Shown here in pieces: positions 23,613 to 30,822 of a DNA stretch of 32,000 bases. The notes beneath the pieces are model-generated. The model made no database searches. It was given only the letters and a program-made list of their open reading frames with translations, and was not told the origin of the DNA. The DNA is from Delftia acidovorans NBRC 14950 (GTDB lineage Bacteria > Pseudomonadota > Gammaproteobacteria > Burkholderiales > Burkholderiaceae_C). Both the position numbers and the translations under genes were made by a program. The number at the start of each line of letters is the position of its first letter. Position 1 is the stretch's first letter. Location: the NCBI RefSeq assembly GCF_001598795.1, contig NZ_BCZP01000019.1:1-32000 (forward strand), in the 5' to 3' direction.

Positions 23613-23632
23613 CGTCGAACCCTAGACGGGTC
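23613..23632 (-). promoter_or_regulatory. Conserved intergenic motif, copy 4 (minus strand GACCCGTCTAGGGTTCGACG)
   Basis: The AACCCTAG core is at 23618..23625, exactly 36 nt from terS ATG 23582. It lies at the head of the late/structural gene block. Confidence 0.55.
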
Positions 23633-23647
23633 CGGACATCATGTCTG

Positions 23648-24214
23648 CTATAGAAACATGCGTGCCTGAGACTTATCGCTTCTTAGTGAGTCGATTCGGT
23701 CAAGAAGACCAATCTTCTCATCAGCCTTCTTCTTAGCATGATCAGACATGAAGGCAACCAGTTCCTCTAGCTCCTCAACGGTGCCCACCTTGTGGAACGT
23801 TTTAGACTTGTTCACAAACACAACGGATTTCTTGTCACGCAGCAATAATTCAATGACATTGCTAAGAGTCCCGGTGCTCTTCGAGTCCCAGATCATTAGC
23901 CCATAGTCGGCAACTTCAGCCATCCTCAAATCTTTAGCTGTAAAAAATGCACGCGATCCCTCGCTGTGAGGTGTGACAACAGCTTCAACGGGCCAATCTC
24001 CAACATTGTTGCGAGGCACAGGGCCACTGCAAAAAATTGTAGCCCTACATCCTCCGTGATTTAACATATGCCACTGCACAGAGGTGTCCACGCCATCCGC
24101 ATCACCGACCAACACTTCGAAGTCTTGGTCTATGATGTTATCGATTCGCTTCTTAACTTCCGGATCGAGATTTTTGATGTTCATTGAACCGGCGATAAAA
24201 ACTTTGGTACTCAT
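23648..24214 (-). CDS. SLOG / DprA-LOG-like Rossmann-fold protein (188 aa from ATG 24214)
   Basis: KVFIAGS...VLVGDADGVDTSVQ resembles the DprA GxARGID-type loop. LMIWDSKSTGTLSNVIELL resembles the LOG/DprA GGxGTxxE loop. A C-terminal charged helix follows. G+C is about 43% on a sampled line. It starts 5 nt after the PRTase stop. Confidence 0.75.
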   Translation of the reverse strand: MSTKVFIAGSMNIKNLDPEVKKRIDNIIDQDFEVLVGDADGVDTSVQWHMLNHGGCRATIFCSGPVPRNNVGDWPVEAVVTPHSEGSRAFFTAKDLRMAEVADYGLMIWDSKSTGTLSNVIELLLRDKKSVVFVNKSKTFHKVGTVEELEELVAFMSDHAKKKADEKIGLLDRIDSLRSDKSQARMFL

Positions 24215-24219
24215 CGATG

Positions 24220-24798
24220 CTATTTCCAAGTTAGGGCAGCAACGTAGATTTTATTGACTTTTTCATACCCTCGGAGCGCTGCGCATGCTGTCTCCATCGA
24301 AGCACCCGAGTCATACAGATCGTCCACCAGCAGCACGTCCCAACGTCCCTCGTTGGTGATGTGATGCACAACAGAAAGGCGCTGCGTCAGCGCATCAAGC
24401 TTCTCCTGTTTCGTCTGCAAATCCTTCAGTGAAGGTCCTCCAGGCGTCTTCGCAAGTGATTCAAATACAGGTTTTTGAACCAACATGCCCAACGCACGTG
24501 CGACCTCCGTAACAGGTTGGCGATCTCGCACTTTCGACGCAGGCATCGGAACAATGAAGCCAACACTGCTGATTTTCGGAAGAATGTTTACTGCCAGCGC
24601 TTGAGCAAGGACTGGCACCTGAGCCCAGTCCGAACGATATTTCAACTGGAAAGATGCTTCCCCTACTTCGGAGCGTTGGGTATCAAACTGAGGGTGGCCC
24701 CATTCGTTATCTCCAACATACGTACTAGAGAGGACATGCTTATCAAGCGCCCAGCCAGCATCCCAGTCGCCGTGGATTTCTTTCAAGTTCACCTGCAT
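24220..24798 (-). CDS. ComF/type I phosphoribosyltransferase-like protein (192 aa)
   Basis: The PRPP-binding loop is WDVLLVDDLYDSGASMETA. ...FIVPMPAS...RQPV... resembles the ComF core. No N-terminal zinc finger is present. AAGGTGG precedes ATG 24798. The sequence is AT-rich. Confidence 0.8.
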   Translation of the reverse strand: MQVNLKEIHGDWDAGWALDKHVLSSTYVGDNEWGHPQFDTQRSEVGEASFQLKYRSDWAQVPVLAQALAVNILPKISSVGFIVPMPASKVRDRQPVTEVARALGMLVQKPVFESLAKTPGGPSLKDLQTKQEKLDALTQRLSVVHHITNEGRWDVLLVDDLYDSGASMETACAALRGYEKVNKIYVAALTWK

Positions 24799-25047
24799 AG
24801 CACCACCTTTTCCAAAGAGTTAAGCGATTACACATCGTAACACCTTCAGCCAAATACTTCCAAGATGAACTTGAACGAAGATTGGGGAATCAGCTTTAAC
24901 TAAATAGATCACCTCAAAACAAATAAAGGCAGCAGTCAATTCGATAAAACCCTATGCACTAAAATTTGACATCAATCAATGAGATTCTGACCAATTCTCT
25001 GCTGATAGCAACTGGCATCAACAACTCCCGATGATCTACGCCAGGTC

Positions 25048-25596
25048 TCAGGAGCCCATCTCAAGAATGAGGTCTGCTTGTCGACTGTCCGCGCGTCTCA
25101 ACGACTTCAGTGCCTTCACTTCTCGCTCCAACTCCCGCCGCTTCGCTAATTCGTCCAGCAGTTGATCCTGAAGTTCCGTAACGCGCGCGAGAGCCGTATG
25201 CTCCAGAGCTACGCCTGCCAGCCCTTGACCGAGGCGAGCGGCTTCAGGGCGGATTAGATGCAACACATGCTCCCCGATCTCCACCATCGTGCGTCCGTCG
25301 TTGAGGTGCACGATGACCACATCCCGCGCCGGCCCGTGCTGGTGCACCGGGCGATAGCACTGCTTCACTGCCGCAATCATCCCCTCGCCGCGCAATACCT
25401 TGATGCGGTCATCTACTGTGGTGAGATTCAGCCCCGTCATCTTGTGGATGCGGTCGCGCGTGGGCTCTTCGCCAGCGTCATGCAACTGGCGGATCGCCTC
25501 GTAGACCTGCGTCAGCGTGGGCACGGCCTCGACCGCGCCCGTGTCCGGATTGCCGCCGGCTGTCTTGTGGATGGTGCTGGTGGTGGCTTGGTTCAT
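25048..25596 (-). CDS. Hypothetical winged-HTH-like protein with a C-terminal coiled coil. It is the last gene before the late block and a candidate late regulator.
   Basis: ...TLTQVYEAIRQLHDAGEEPTRDRIHKMTGLNLTTVDDRIKVLRGEGMI... followed by ...ELQDQLLDELAKRRELEREVKALK. ATGA overlap with the upstream gene. The function is inferred from position. Confidence 0.65.
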   Translation of the reverse strand: MNQATTSTIHKTAGGNPDTGAVEAVPTLTQVYEAIRQLHDAGEEPTRDRIHKMTGLNLTTVDDRIKVLRGEGMIAAVKQCYRPVHQHGPARDVVIVHLNDGRTMVEIGEHVLHLIRPEAARLGQGLAGVALEHTALARVTELQDQLLDELAKRRELEREVKALKSLRRADSRQADLILEMGS

Positions 25597-26117
25597 GCGT
25601 TTTCACTCCAGAGGGGAAGTCGTGCTGGCCATTGGCCGGATTCGAGAATCGTGTGGCGGGTGATGCGACCCCATTCGAGGCCATAGTCCCGATGGGCTTC
25701 GCGGCCGCCGTCAACAAGGCGGTATTGGTCGTATGCGACGTGGCAACCCTCGATGTCGGGGCGCGTGCAGCAAAGCGGGAATCCTGTGCGGTCATCTGTC
25801 TTGAGCGCGAAGCCCTTGCCGAGGTTCAGGTGCGCGTGCTGGGAGAACCCGCAGATGCCGCACCAGATGCACGGCAGCGCGGCCACGGCGCGGCGGTAGG
25901 CCTCACATTCGAGGATTTCCGTCTTGGGCACGACTAGGCCTGTGCTGGCCGCACCCATCACAACGATGCTTGTGCACGCCATGCCGGCCGTGGCGCGGGC
26001 ACTGTCCATCGCCCGGGCCGCGCGTTGCGCCAAGCGTTCCTCGCGGTCCTGCACAGGCTCGGCGGCTGCGCGGCGGCCGAAGCCGCGACTGGGCCAGGTG
26101 CTCCGGTTCTGGATCAT
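25593..26117 (-). CDS. Cys/His-rich phage protein, possibly a YbcO/NinG-type nuclease
   Basis: ...CEAYRRAVAALPCIWCGICGFSQHAHLNLGKG...PLCCTRPDIEGCHVAYD... ATGA overlaps at both ends. The family assignment is from memory and weak. Confidence 0.6.
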   Translation of the reverse strand: MIQNRSTWPSRGFGRRAAAEPVQDREERLAQRAARAMDSARATAGMACTSIVVMGAASTGLVVPKTEILECEAYRRAVAALPCIWCGICGFSQHAHLNLGKGFALKTDDRTGFPLCCTRPDIEGCHVAYDQYRLVDGGREAHRDYGLEWGRITRHTILESGQWPARLPLWSENA

Positions 26118-26371
26118 CGGATGTCACCCTCCAGCCCCACATCCACCAGGAAGCCGTGGTCGCCCATCACGCACACACGCGTGGGGCCGTACTGCTCCAG
26201 GCGGCAGCAACGGTTTTCCGACCAGACGGAGAAGCGGTAGCGGCCCAGGGCATCGGGGCCGTCGATGCGCTCGCGCATTGCGGCGCCGCGCCACAGGGGC
26301 GGGTGTTGGGGCATGGCGCGCACGGTGCCGCGCTGGCCACGGCGCGGAAGGTCTGGGCGGAAATCAAGCAT
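26114..26371 (-). CDS. Hypothetical protein (85 aa from ATG 26371)
   Basis: MLDFRPDLPRRGQRG... It overlaps the upstream stop by 8 nt. The longer track version (to 26494) lies out of frame over the DUF4406 gene. Confidence 0.5.
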   Translation of the reverse strand: MLDFRPDLPRRGQRGTVRAMPQHPPLWRGAAMRERIDGPDALGRYRFSVWSENRCCRLEQYGPTRVCVMGDHGFLVDVGLEGDIR

Positions 26372-26684
26372 GGGCACCGCCCTCCCCTGCGCTGGCATCG
26401 AAGTCCTGCACCTCCAGGCCCAGCACGCGCGCCACAAAGCTCTCCAACCGGGCACCGCGCGACTGCTTCCAGCCCGGCAGCCGGTGCACGGCATCGCAGG
26501 TGCACAGCTGCGGCAGCGCCAAACGCATGTAGCCGGCCCAGCTGCCGCACGCTGGCGCGGGGTTCTCGGCCGGGTTCTCGACGTGGTGGCCCTGGGCGCG
26601 CAGCGTGGCGGCGGCTCGGTTGAAGGCCGGGTAGTTGAAGTCGGGCAGGCCTGTCATCGGACCGGCGATGTAGATGCGCTTCAT
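26364..26684 (-). CDS. DUF4406 (nucleoside 2-deoxyribosyltransferase-like fold) protein
   Basis: MKRIYIAGPMTGLPDFNYPAFNRAAATLRAQGHHVENPAE... is the characteristic DUF4406 N-terminus. ATGA overlap with the resolvase gene. Confidence 0.75.
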   Translation of the reverse strand: MKRIYIAGPMTGLPDFNYPAFNRAAATLRAQGHHVENPAENPAPACGSWAGYMRLALPQLCTCDAVHRLPGWKQSRGARLESFVARVLGLEVQDFDASAGEGGAHA

Positions 26685-27148
26685 GGCCGGGCCCTCCGAA
26701 AGGACCACGCGATCATTGCGGCGTCACGCTGGTGCTGATTGCTGCGGCCGGCCCAGCCGGTCAGGCGGCTGAAGGTGGCGGCATCGATCTTGGCGCCGTG
26801 GGCACTGCCGGCCTTCGCGCTGGGCGGCATGCCGAAGCAGGCAATGCCGAGGCTGGCGCACAGGGTTTCGATCAGCACGCACCATGCATCGATCTCGCCC
26901 ACATTGCGCGCCATCTTGGCCCGCGCCGCCGCGCTGCCCTGGCCGGTCCAGGTCTTCCGTGCCTTGCGGCTGTCCTCGAAGATCACCAGCGTGGGTGTCC
27001 TGCCCTGCAGCGTCTGCAGGATCTGCGCCGGCGCAATTTCTTCCAGCGCCTGCAGCTGACCATCAACGATCCAGGCCAGGCCGGTGTGCTTGCCCGGGTC
27101 CATGCCCAGCACCGTGATCGGGCCCTGATGCCCAACCGGCACCGTCAC
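26681..27148 (-). CDS. RuvC-like Holliday junction resolvase
   Basis: The acidic catalytic pattern is ITVLGMDPGKHTG, VIFEDSR, NQHQRDAAMIAW. GTG 27148 forms a GTGA overlap with the upstream stop. The longer track ORF (to 27346) is an Arg/Gly-rich out-of-frame extension. Confidence 0.7.
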   Translation of the reverse strand: MTVPVGHQGPITVLGMDPGKHTGLAWIVDGQLQALEEIAPAQILQTLQGRTPTLVIFEDSRKARKTWTGQGSAAARAKMARNVGEIDAWCVLIETLCASLGIACFGMPPSAKAGSAHGAKIDAATFSRLTGWAGRSNQHQRDAAMIAWSFRRARP

Positions 27149-27372
27149 GCGCGGGGCGGCGGGCGCCACGCGAGCGCCTTCAGCTGCTGCACCACCTGCT
27201 GCTCGATGTCCACGAACAGCCGGGACTCGTCCCTGTCCAATTCCCTGGCCCTGGCCTTGACGTACTCCCACCACCCGGGTTGCTGGGCCAGCTTGACGAG
27301 GTGAGCCACGGCTACCCCGCTGAGATTGATTTGGTGTTGCTGCCATTGATGTTCAGACGACGATGAATTCAT
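27145..27372 (-). CDS. Hypothetical small protein (75 aa)
   Basis: ...LVKLAQQPGWWEYVKARARELDRDESRLFVDIEQQVVQQLKA reads as a genuine helical protein. The start is uncertain. Confidence 0.5.
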   Translation of the reverse strand: MNSSSSEHQWQQHQINLSGVAVAHLVKLAQQPGWWEYVKARARELDRDESRLFVDIEQQVVQQLKALAWRPPPRA

Positions 27373-27859
27373 GGGTGTCGCTGCCGTGGCTGTTGACCAG
27401 CAGCTCGCGCAGACGGCGTTCGGTGGCGCGGTGCGCGCGGATGAAGGTGCGGGCCGGGATCACCTCCAGCACCTGGCCGTAGGCCTCGCCGAACTCGACC
27501 AGGTGGCCCAGCTGCACAGCGTTCAGGCGCATCTCCTGGCCATGGCCGTGCTTGCGGCCCAGGTCCACGACAGCCGCCACAGCATCGGCAAACAGGCTCT
27601 GGGCCTCGGGCTCGGTGAAGACGCCCATGCCCAGCAGCGTTTCGGATAGGTTCGCGGCGTCGGCCAGGTCGCGCCAGTGCTGCACCGTCGGAACGGCGTA
27701 GCCCACGGCATGCACAGCGGCCAGGACTGCAGCAGCCATGGGTTCGCGCTTGCGCTGGTGCAGCGGCTGCCGCTCGCTGGCCGACAGCTCCTGTGCGAGC
27801 GTGTAGGCATAGGGCAGCGCCAGGTAGGCGCGGGTAGCGGCCGGATGGATGGCGCTCAT
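27353..27859 (-). CDS. Hypothetical early protein (168 aa from ATG 27859)
   Basis: MSAIHPAATRAYLALPYAYTLAQEL... ATGA overlap with the upstream stop at 27856. The N-terminal part of track ORF 27353..28351 is a shadow frame. Confidence 0.6.
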   Translation of the reverse strand: MSAIHPAATRAYLALPYAYTLAQELSASERQPLHQRKREPMAAAVLAAVHAVGYAVPTVQHWRDLADAANLSETLLGMGVFTEPEAQSLFADAVAAVVDLGRKHGHGQEMRLNAVQLGHLVEFGEAYGQVLEVIPARTFIRAHRATERRLRELLVNSHGSDTHEFIVV

Positions 27860-28638
27860 GGCTGGCTCCCCTGCTGGTGCTGCGCCACGGCGGCAGCAGC
27901 GCGGCGCTTGGCCTGCCCCACGCGCATCCGGTCTGCGCGGGCCTGAACCTGCACGGGCGTGAAGCGCGAGGCCTTGAGCGCAAATGCTTCGCGCAGGGTG
28001 GCCAGCTGGGCCAGCACCTCGCGCTTCGGGCCGGTGGGCACCGAGTCCGGAGCCGGCAGCGCCAGGGCTGCGCGCGGGGCCGGCAGCTGCAGCTGCTCGC
28101 GCAGGTCGTCGGTCAGGCCCTCCAGCCCGCCGGGCAGCCGGCCCGCCGTAATGGCTTCCTGCACGGCGCGCGTGCGGGCTTCGGGGTCGTGCCCCAGGCT
28201 GACCTGGACCACGGGGCGACGGCGCAGCGCGCGGGCCTCGCCAGTGATCCGGCCATAGGCCTCGATGAAGGCCTGCCGTGCGCCGAACTTGTCGCCGGCA
28301 CTGAGCAGCGGCGCGGCCACGGCCCAGGCCTGGGCAATCTCGTCGGTCCACACCACGGTGGCCTGCTGGTCGGCGCTGGTCAGTGCCAGGCCATAGGCCT
28401 CGGCGGGCAGCATGCGGCCCATGGCGTGGTCCACGTACTGCAGCACAGTGCCGGTCAGGATCGGGCCGCGGTGCTCGGCGCGGATGCGGGCCAGGGCCAG
28501 ACGCAGCACCGGTTTCTCGATGTGGGCCAGGTCTTCAGCCAACAGCAGGAGCGCAGCAGGCCGGACCTGCTGGCCGCTCAGCTCCATGGTGGCGCCCAGC
28601 TCCTCGAGCAACCAGTCGGTGTCCAGGTCGTCACGCAT
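27856..28638 (-). CDS. Hypothetical replication-module protein (260 aa). No Walker motif seen.
   Basis: It lies immediately downstream of the initiator with an 8-nt overlap (ATGCGTGA). By position it could be a helicase-loader analogue, but no motif supports this. Confidence 0.6.
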   Translation of the reverse strand: MRDDLDTDWLLEELGATMELSGQQVRPAALLLLAEDLAHIEKPVLRLALARIRAEHRGPILTGTVLQYVDHAMGRMLPAEAYGLALTSADQQATVVWTDEIAQAWAVAAPLLSAGDKFGARQAFIEAYGRITGEARALRRRPVVQVSLGHDPEARTRAVQEAITAGRLPGGLEGLTDDLREQLQLPAPRAALALPAPDSVPTGPKREVLAQLATLREAFALKASRFTPVQVQARADRMRVGQAKRRAAAAVAQHQQGSQP

Positions 28639-29587
28639 TGCCACCCTCCCCGCTTCCCCGGCCGCCACGCTGGCGCAGCAGCCGCTTGGCCTCCTCGATG
28701 GCGTCGAAGTTGGCGCTCGTCTTGTCGGCTGCCTGCGCTGCCGTGCCGGTCACGGCCTGGCCGCGGGCCCATTGGGTGCGGAAGCTCTCGGCCTGGTTCA
28801 CCAGCACGCCGACACCATGGGAGTTCTTCACCACGAAAGCCTCGTTCACGCTGGCCACGTACCAAGCCGCCACCAGCGGTGCCTCCTCGAAGCCCAGGCG
28901 CTTGACCAGCGTCTTCACGTTGGCGTTCACCACCTGGTTGCGCACCGGCTTGACGCCATACCGCTGCTCGTAGGCCAGGCTGTAGGCCGCCCAGGTGAGC
29001 TTGCAGGCTGCCTGCAGGGCTGTCTCGCCGTCGTCTGGATCACCGCCAGCCCCATCGCGGGCCGACGGCGCAGCCGGCGGGAATGATTCGTTGGCGGTTC
29101 CTTTACGGTTCCTATTACGGTTCAATGATGATTTGGGTGCGCCATCTGCACCCCTGGGGTGCGCCATCTGCGGGGGTTGAGGTGCGCCATTTGCACCCCC
29201 TGGTGCGCCATCTGCGGGGAGTGGTGCGCCCTCTGCACCCGGTGCGCCATTTGCGGGGGGTGCGCCATTTGCACCCGGTGCGGCATCTGCACCCGTGCCT
29301 CGCTTACGCTTCGCGGGCGCTGCAGCCGGGTTGAAGTTGGCCGGCGTGATGGTGTAGCTGGTGCTCGAGTTGATGCGGTACTCACGGAACACCACACCCA
29401 CGGTCTGCAGCCATGCGATGGCATCCTGCACAGCGCGCTCGGACAGACAGGTGCGCCGAGCAATGGTCGCCACGCCGGGCCAGCACACGCCGTCATCGTT
29501 GGCCTGGTCGGCCAGGGAAATCAGCACCGCCTTCTGCGCCGGGGACATGGCCAGCGGCCAGCAGGCCGCCATGATCATCGTGCTCAT
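28631..29587 (-). CDS. Replication initiator-like protein: N-terminal wHTH (HTH_36-like), a Gly/Ala/Pro repeat linker and a C-terminal domain
   Basis: MSTMIMAACWPLAMSPAQKAVLISLADQANDDGVCWPGVATIARRTCLSERAVQDAIAWLQTVGVV. ATGA overlap at 29587/29584. An internal DNA repeat array lies within the gene (see 29094..29290). Confidence 0.75.
   Translation of the reverse strand: MSTMIMAACWPLAMSPAQKAVLISLADQANDDGVCWPGVATIARRTCLSERAVQDAIAWLQTVGVVFREYRINSSTSYTITPANFNPAAAPAKRKRGTGADAAPGANGAPPANGAPGAEGAPLPADGAPGGANGAPQPPQMAHPRGADGAPKSSLNRNRNRKGTANESFPPAAPSARDGAGGDPDDGETALQAACKLTWAAYSLAYEQRYGVKPVRNQVVNANVKTLVKRLGFEEAPLVAAWYVASVNEAFVVKNSHGVGVLVNQAESFRTQWARGQAVTGTAAQAADKTSANFDAIEEAKRLLRQRGGRGSGEGGNA
29094..29290. 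repeat. Iteron-like array (probable phage ori) inside the initiator gene
   Basis: Eight copies of GTGCGCCATCTGC (0-1 mismatch each) start at 29137, 29159, 29182, 29203, 29224, 29242, 29260 and 29278, spaced 18-23 bp apart. They are preceded by three (A/G)CGGTTC(C/A) repeats at 29094, 29105 and 29117 and by an AT-rich patch, aatgatgattt (29124..29134). Confidence 0.6.
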
Positions 29588-30303
29588 TGCTGCACGCCCT
29601 CCTGCGCCAGGCGGGCCTGGTGCTGGCCCCACAGGCCGGCAATCCACGTCACGCCCTTGCTCGTGAACTTGGCCTGCGTGTAGGCGTGGTCGCTGTGCTG
29701 GGCATGCCCGGCCTTGACCACGAAGCGGCCGGCGGCCATGTGCGGCGCCGCCGGGGTCAGCCGCCCGCCCAGGTGGTACATGACCTTCTGGTCCAGCAGG
29801 AACTCGCGGAAGCGCTCCTCGTTCGCGCGCAGCAGCTTGCAGACCTGGCGGAAGCCCATTGCCCCGGTCTCGGCAGAAGCGAAGCGGTCCACGAACTCAA
29901 CCTTGGGCGCGGCCAGGGCCAGCGCGGCCTGCTGCTGCTCGATCTGCTCGGCTTGTTCAGCGGCCAGGCGCAGCGCCTGAGACATCGTGCGCGGCACCGC
30001 TGGAGCGGCCTGGGCCTCCAGCTCCTGCCAGCGCTTCACCACCTTCATGCGCGCCACGGCGTCGTAGCCCAGCAGCAGGGTCAGGCAGGTGTCGCGGTCC
30101 AGTTCGTACTGCGGGTAGCGCTGGCCGTTGGCACCCGCGTAAGTCGTTGTTTCGCAAACAGGCTTCAAATCTGAAGCCTGCAGGTCGTCCAGCAACGTGC
30201 GGATGTCGCGCATCACGTTGCCGTGGTCGCGGCCCGTCAGCTCGGCGATTTCGCGGCTGCTCATGGTCAGCACGGCGGCGGAAATTGCAGTGATCGCGTT
30301 CAT
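29584..30303 (-). CDS. Rha-family regulatory protein fused to a KilAC-type antirepressor C-terminal domain
   Basis: LTMSSREIAELTGRDHGNVMRDIRTLL is the Phage_pRha signature. ...ALRLAAEQAEQIEQQ...APKVEFVDRF...FRQVCKLL...FREFL...MY is KilAC-like. Confidence 0.8.
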   Translation of the reverse strand: MNAITAISAAVLTMSSREIAELTGRDHGNVMRDIRTLLDDLQASDLKPVCETTTYAGANGQRYPQYELDRDTCLTLLLGYDAVARMKVVKRWQELEAQAAPAVPRTMSQALRLAAEQAEQIEQQQAALALAAPKVEFVDRFASAETGAMGFRQVCKLLRANEERFREFLLDQKVMYHLGGRLTPAAPHMAAGRFVVKAGHAQHSDHAYTQAKFTSKGVTWIAGLWGQHQARLAQEGVQQ

Positions 30304-30725
30304 CGGGCAGACCCTCCGAATTCGGGGGCCCCAAAGGGTCCTATGAGCGATTGCAGTCGGCTGGCAGACTGCTCCTCATGCATCAACTTCTCAGCCACCA
30401 TCTGCCGATAGCTGCGCTCCCAGGTCATCACGTAGATGGCATCGCGCAGCACCGTGGAGGTGTCCGTTCCCTTCAGCACGCAGTTGCGGCGGAACTGCTC
30501 GGCAGTGGACTCGTCCACCTTGGTCTTGAGCTGGATGTCCAGCTTGCCCAGCGGGCCGGCAACGCCGCGCGCGAACATGGGCGCGCCAGCTTCTTCATCC
30601 AGTTGGTCTTGCACATGAGCCAGCACGCGCTCAACCTGCTCGGCATCAAGCACGGCCAGCGCCGCCTGGATCGCCTTCACGGCAGCCGCTTCAGCCCGGC
30701 TCAGCTTTTCGTGGGTGTCACGCAT
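30300..30725 (-). CDS. Hypothetical early protein (141 aa)
   Basis: AGGAG lies 10 nt before ATG 30725. ATGA overlap with the downstream Rha gene. No family recognised. Confidence 0.65.
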   Translation of the reverse strand: MRDTHEKLSRAEAAAVKAIQAALAVLDAEQVERVLAHVQDQLDEEAGAPMFARGVAGPLGKLDIQLKTKVDESTAEQFRRNCVLKGTDTSTVLRDAIYVMTWERSYRQMVAEKLMHEEQSASRLQSLIGPFGAPEFGGSAR

Positions 30726-30822
30726 GCGGGACTACTCCTGGGGTTGATTCTGGGAAAAGGTGCCCGCCGCCTCCCGGGGCAGAATGGAAGTTCCTACACA
30801 ACCATTCCCAGGAGGGGCGGAC

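Noticed and set aside
24948-24955. Partial motif match AACCCTAT upstream of the PRTase gene, and CTGGGGTTGATTC on the plus strand at 30738..30750
   Set aside because: Only the 7-8 nt core matches and the flanks differ. The distances to the nearest start codons (about 150 and 77 nt) do not fit the 36-nt rule. These matches are probably chance.
26681-28351. Long versions of track ORFs 26681..27346 and 27353..28351
   Set aside because: Their N-terminal parts are Arg/Pro/Gly-rich and overlap better ORFs out of frame (27145..27372 and 27856..28638). Internal starts at GTG 27148 and ATG 27859 give stop/start overlaps like the rest of the operon.
27877-29086. Plus-strand ORFs 27877..28905, 28383..28973 and 28412..29086 in the replication module
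   Set aside because: These are shadow frames opposite well-supported minus-strand genes. They have no RBS or motifs.
29137-29290. Could the 13-bp repeat array be a CRISPR array?
   Set aside because: The repeats are only 13 bp long and the units are 18-23 bp apart, so there is no room for spacers. The array lies in-frame inside a replication-initiator gene. An iteron/ori interpretation fits better.
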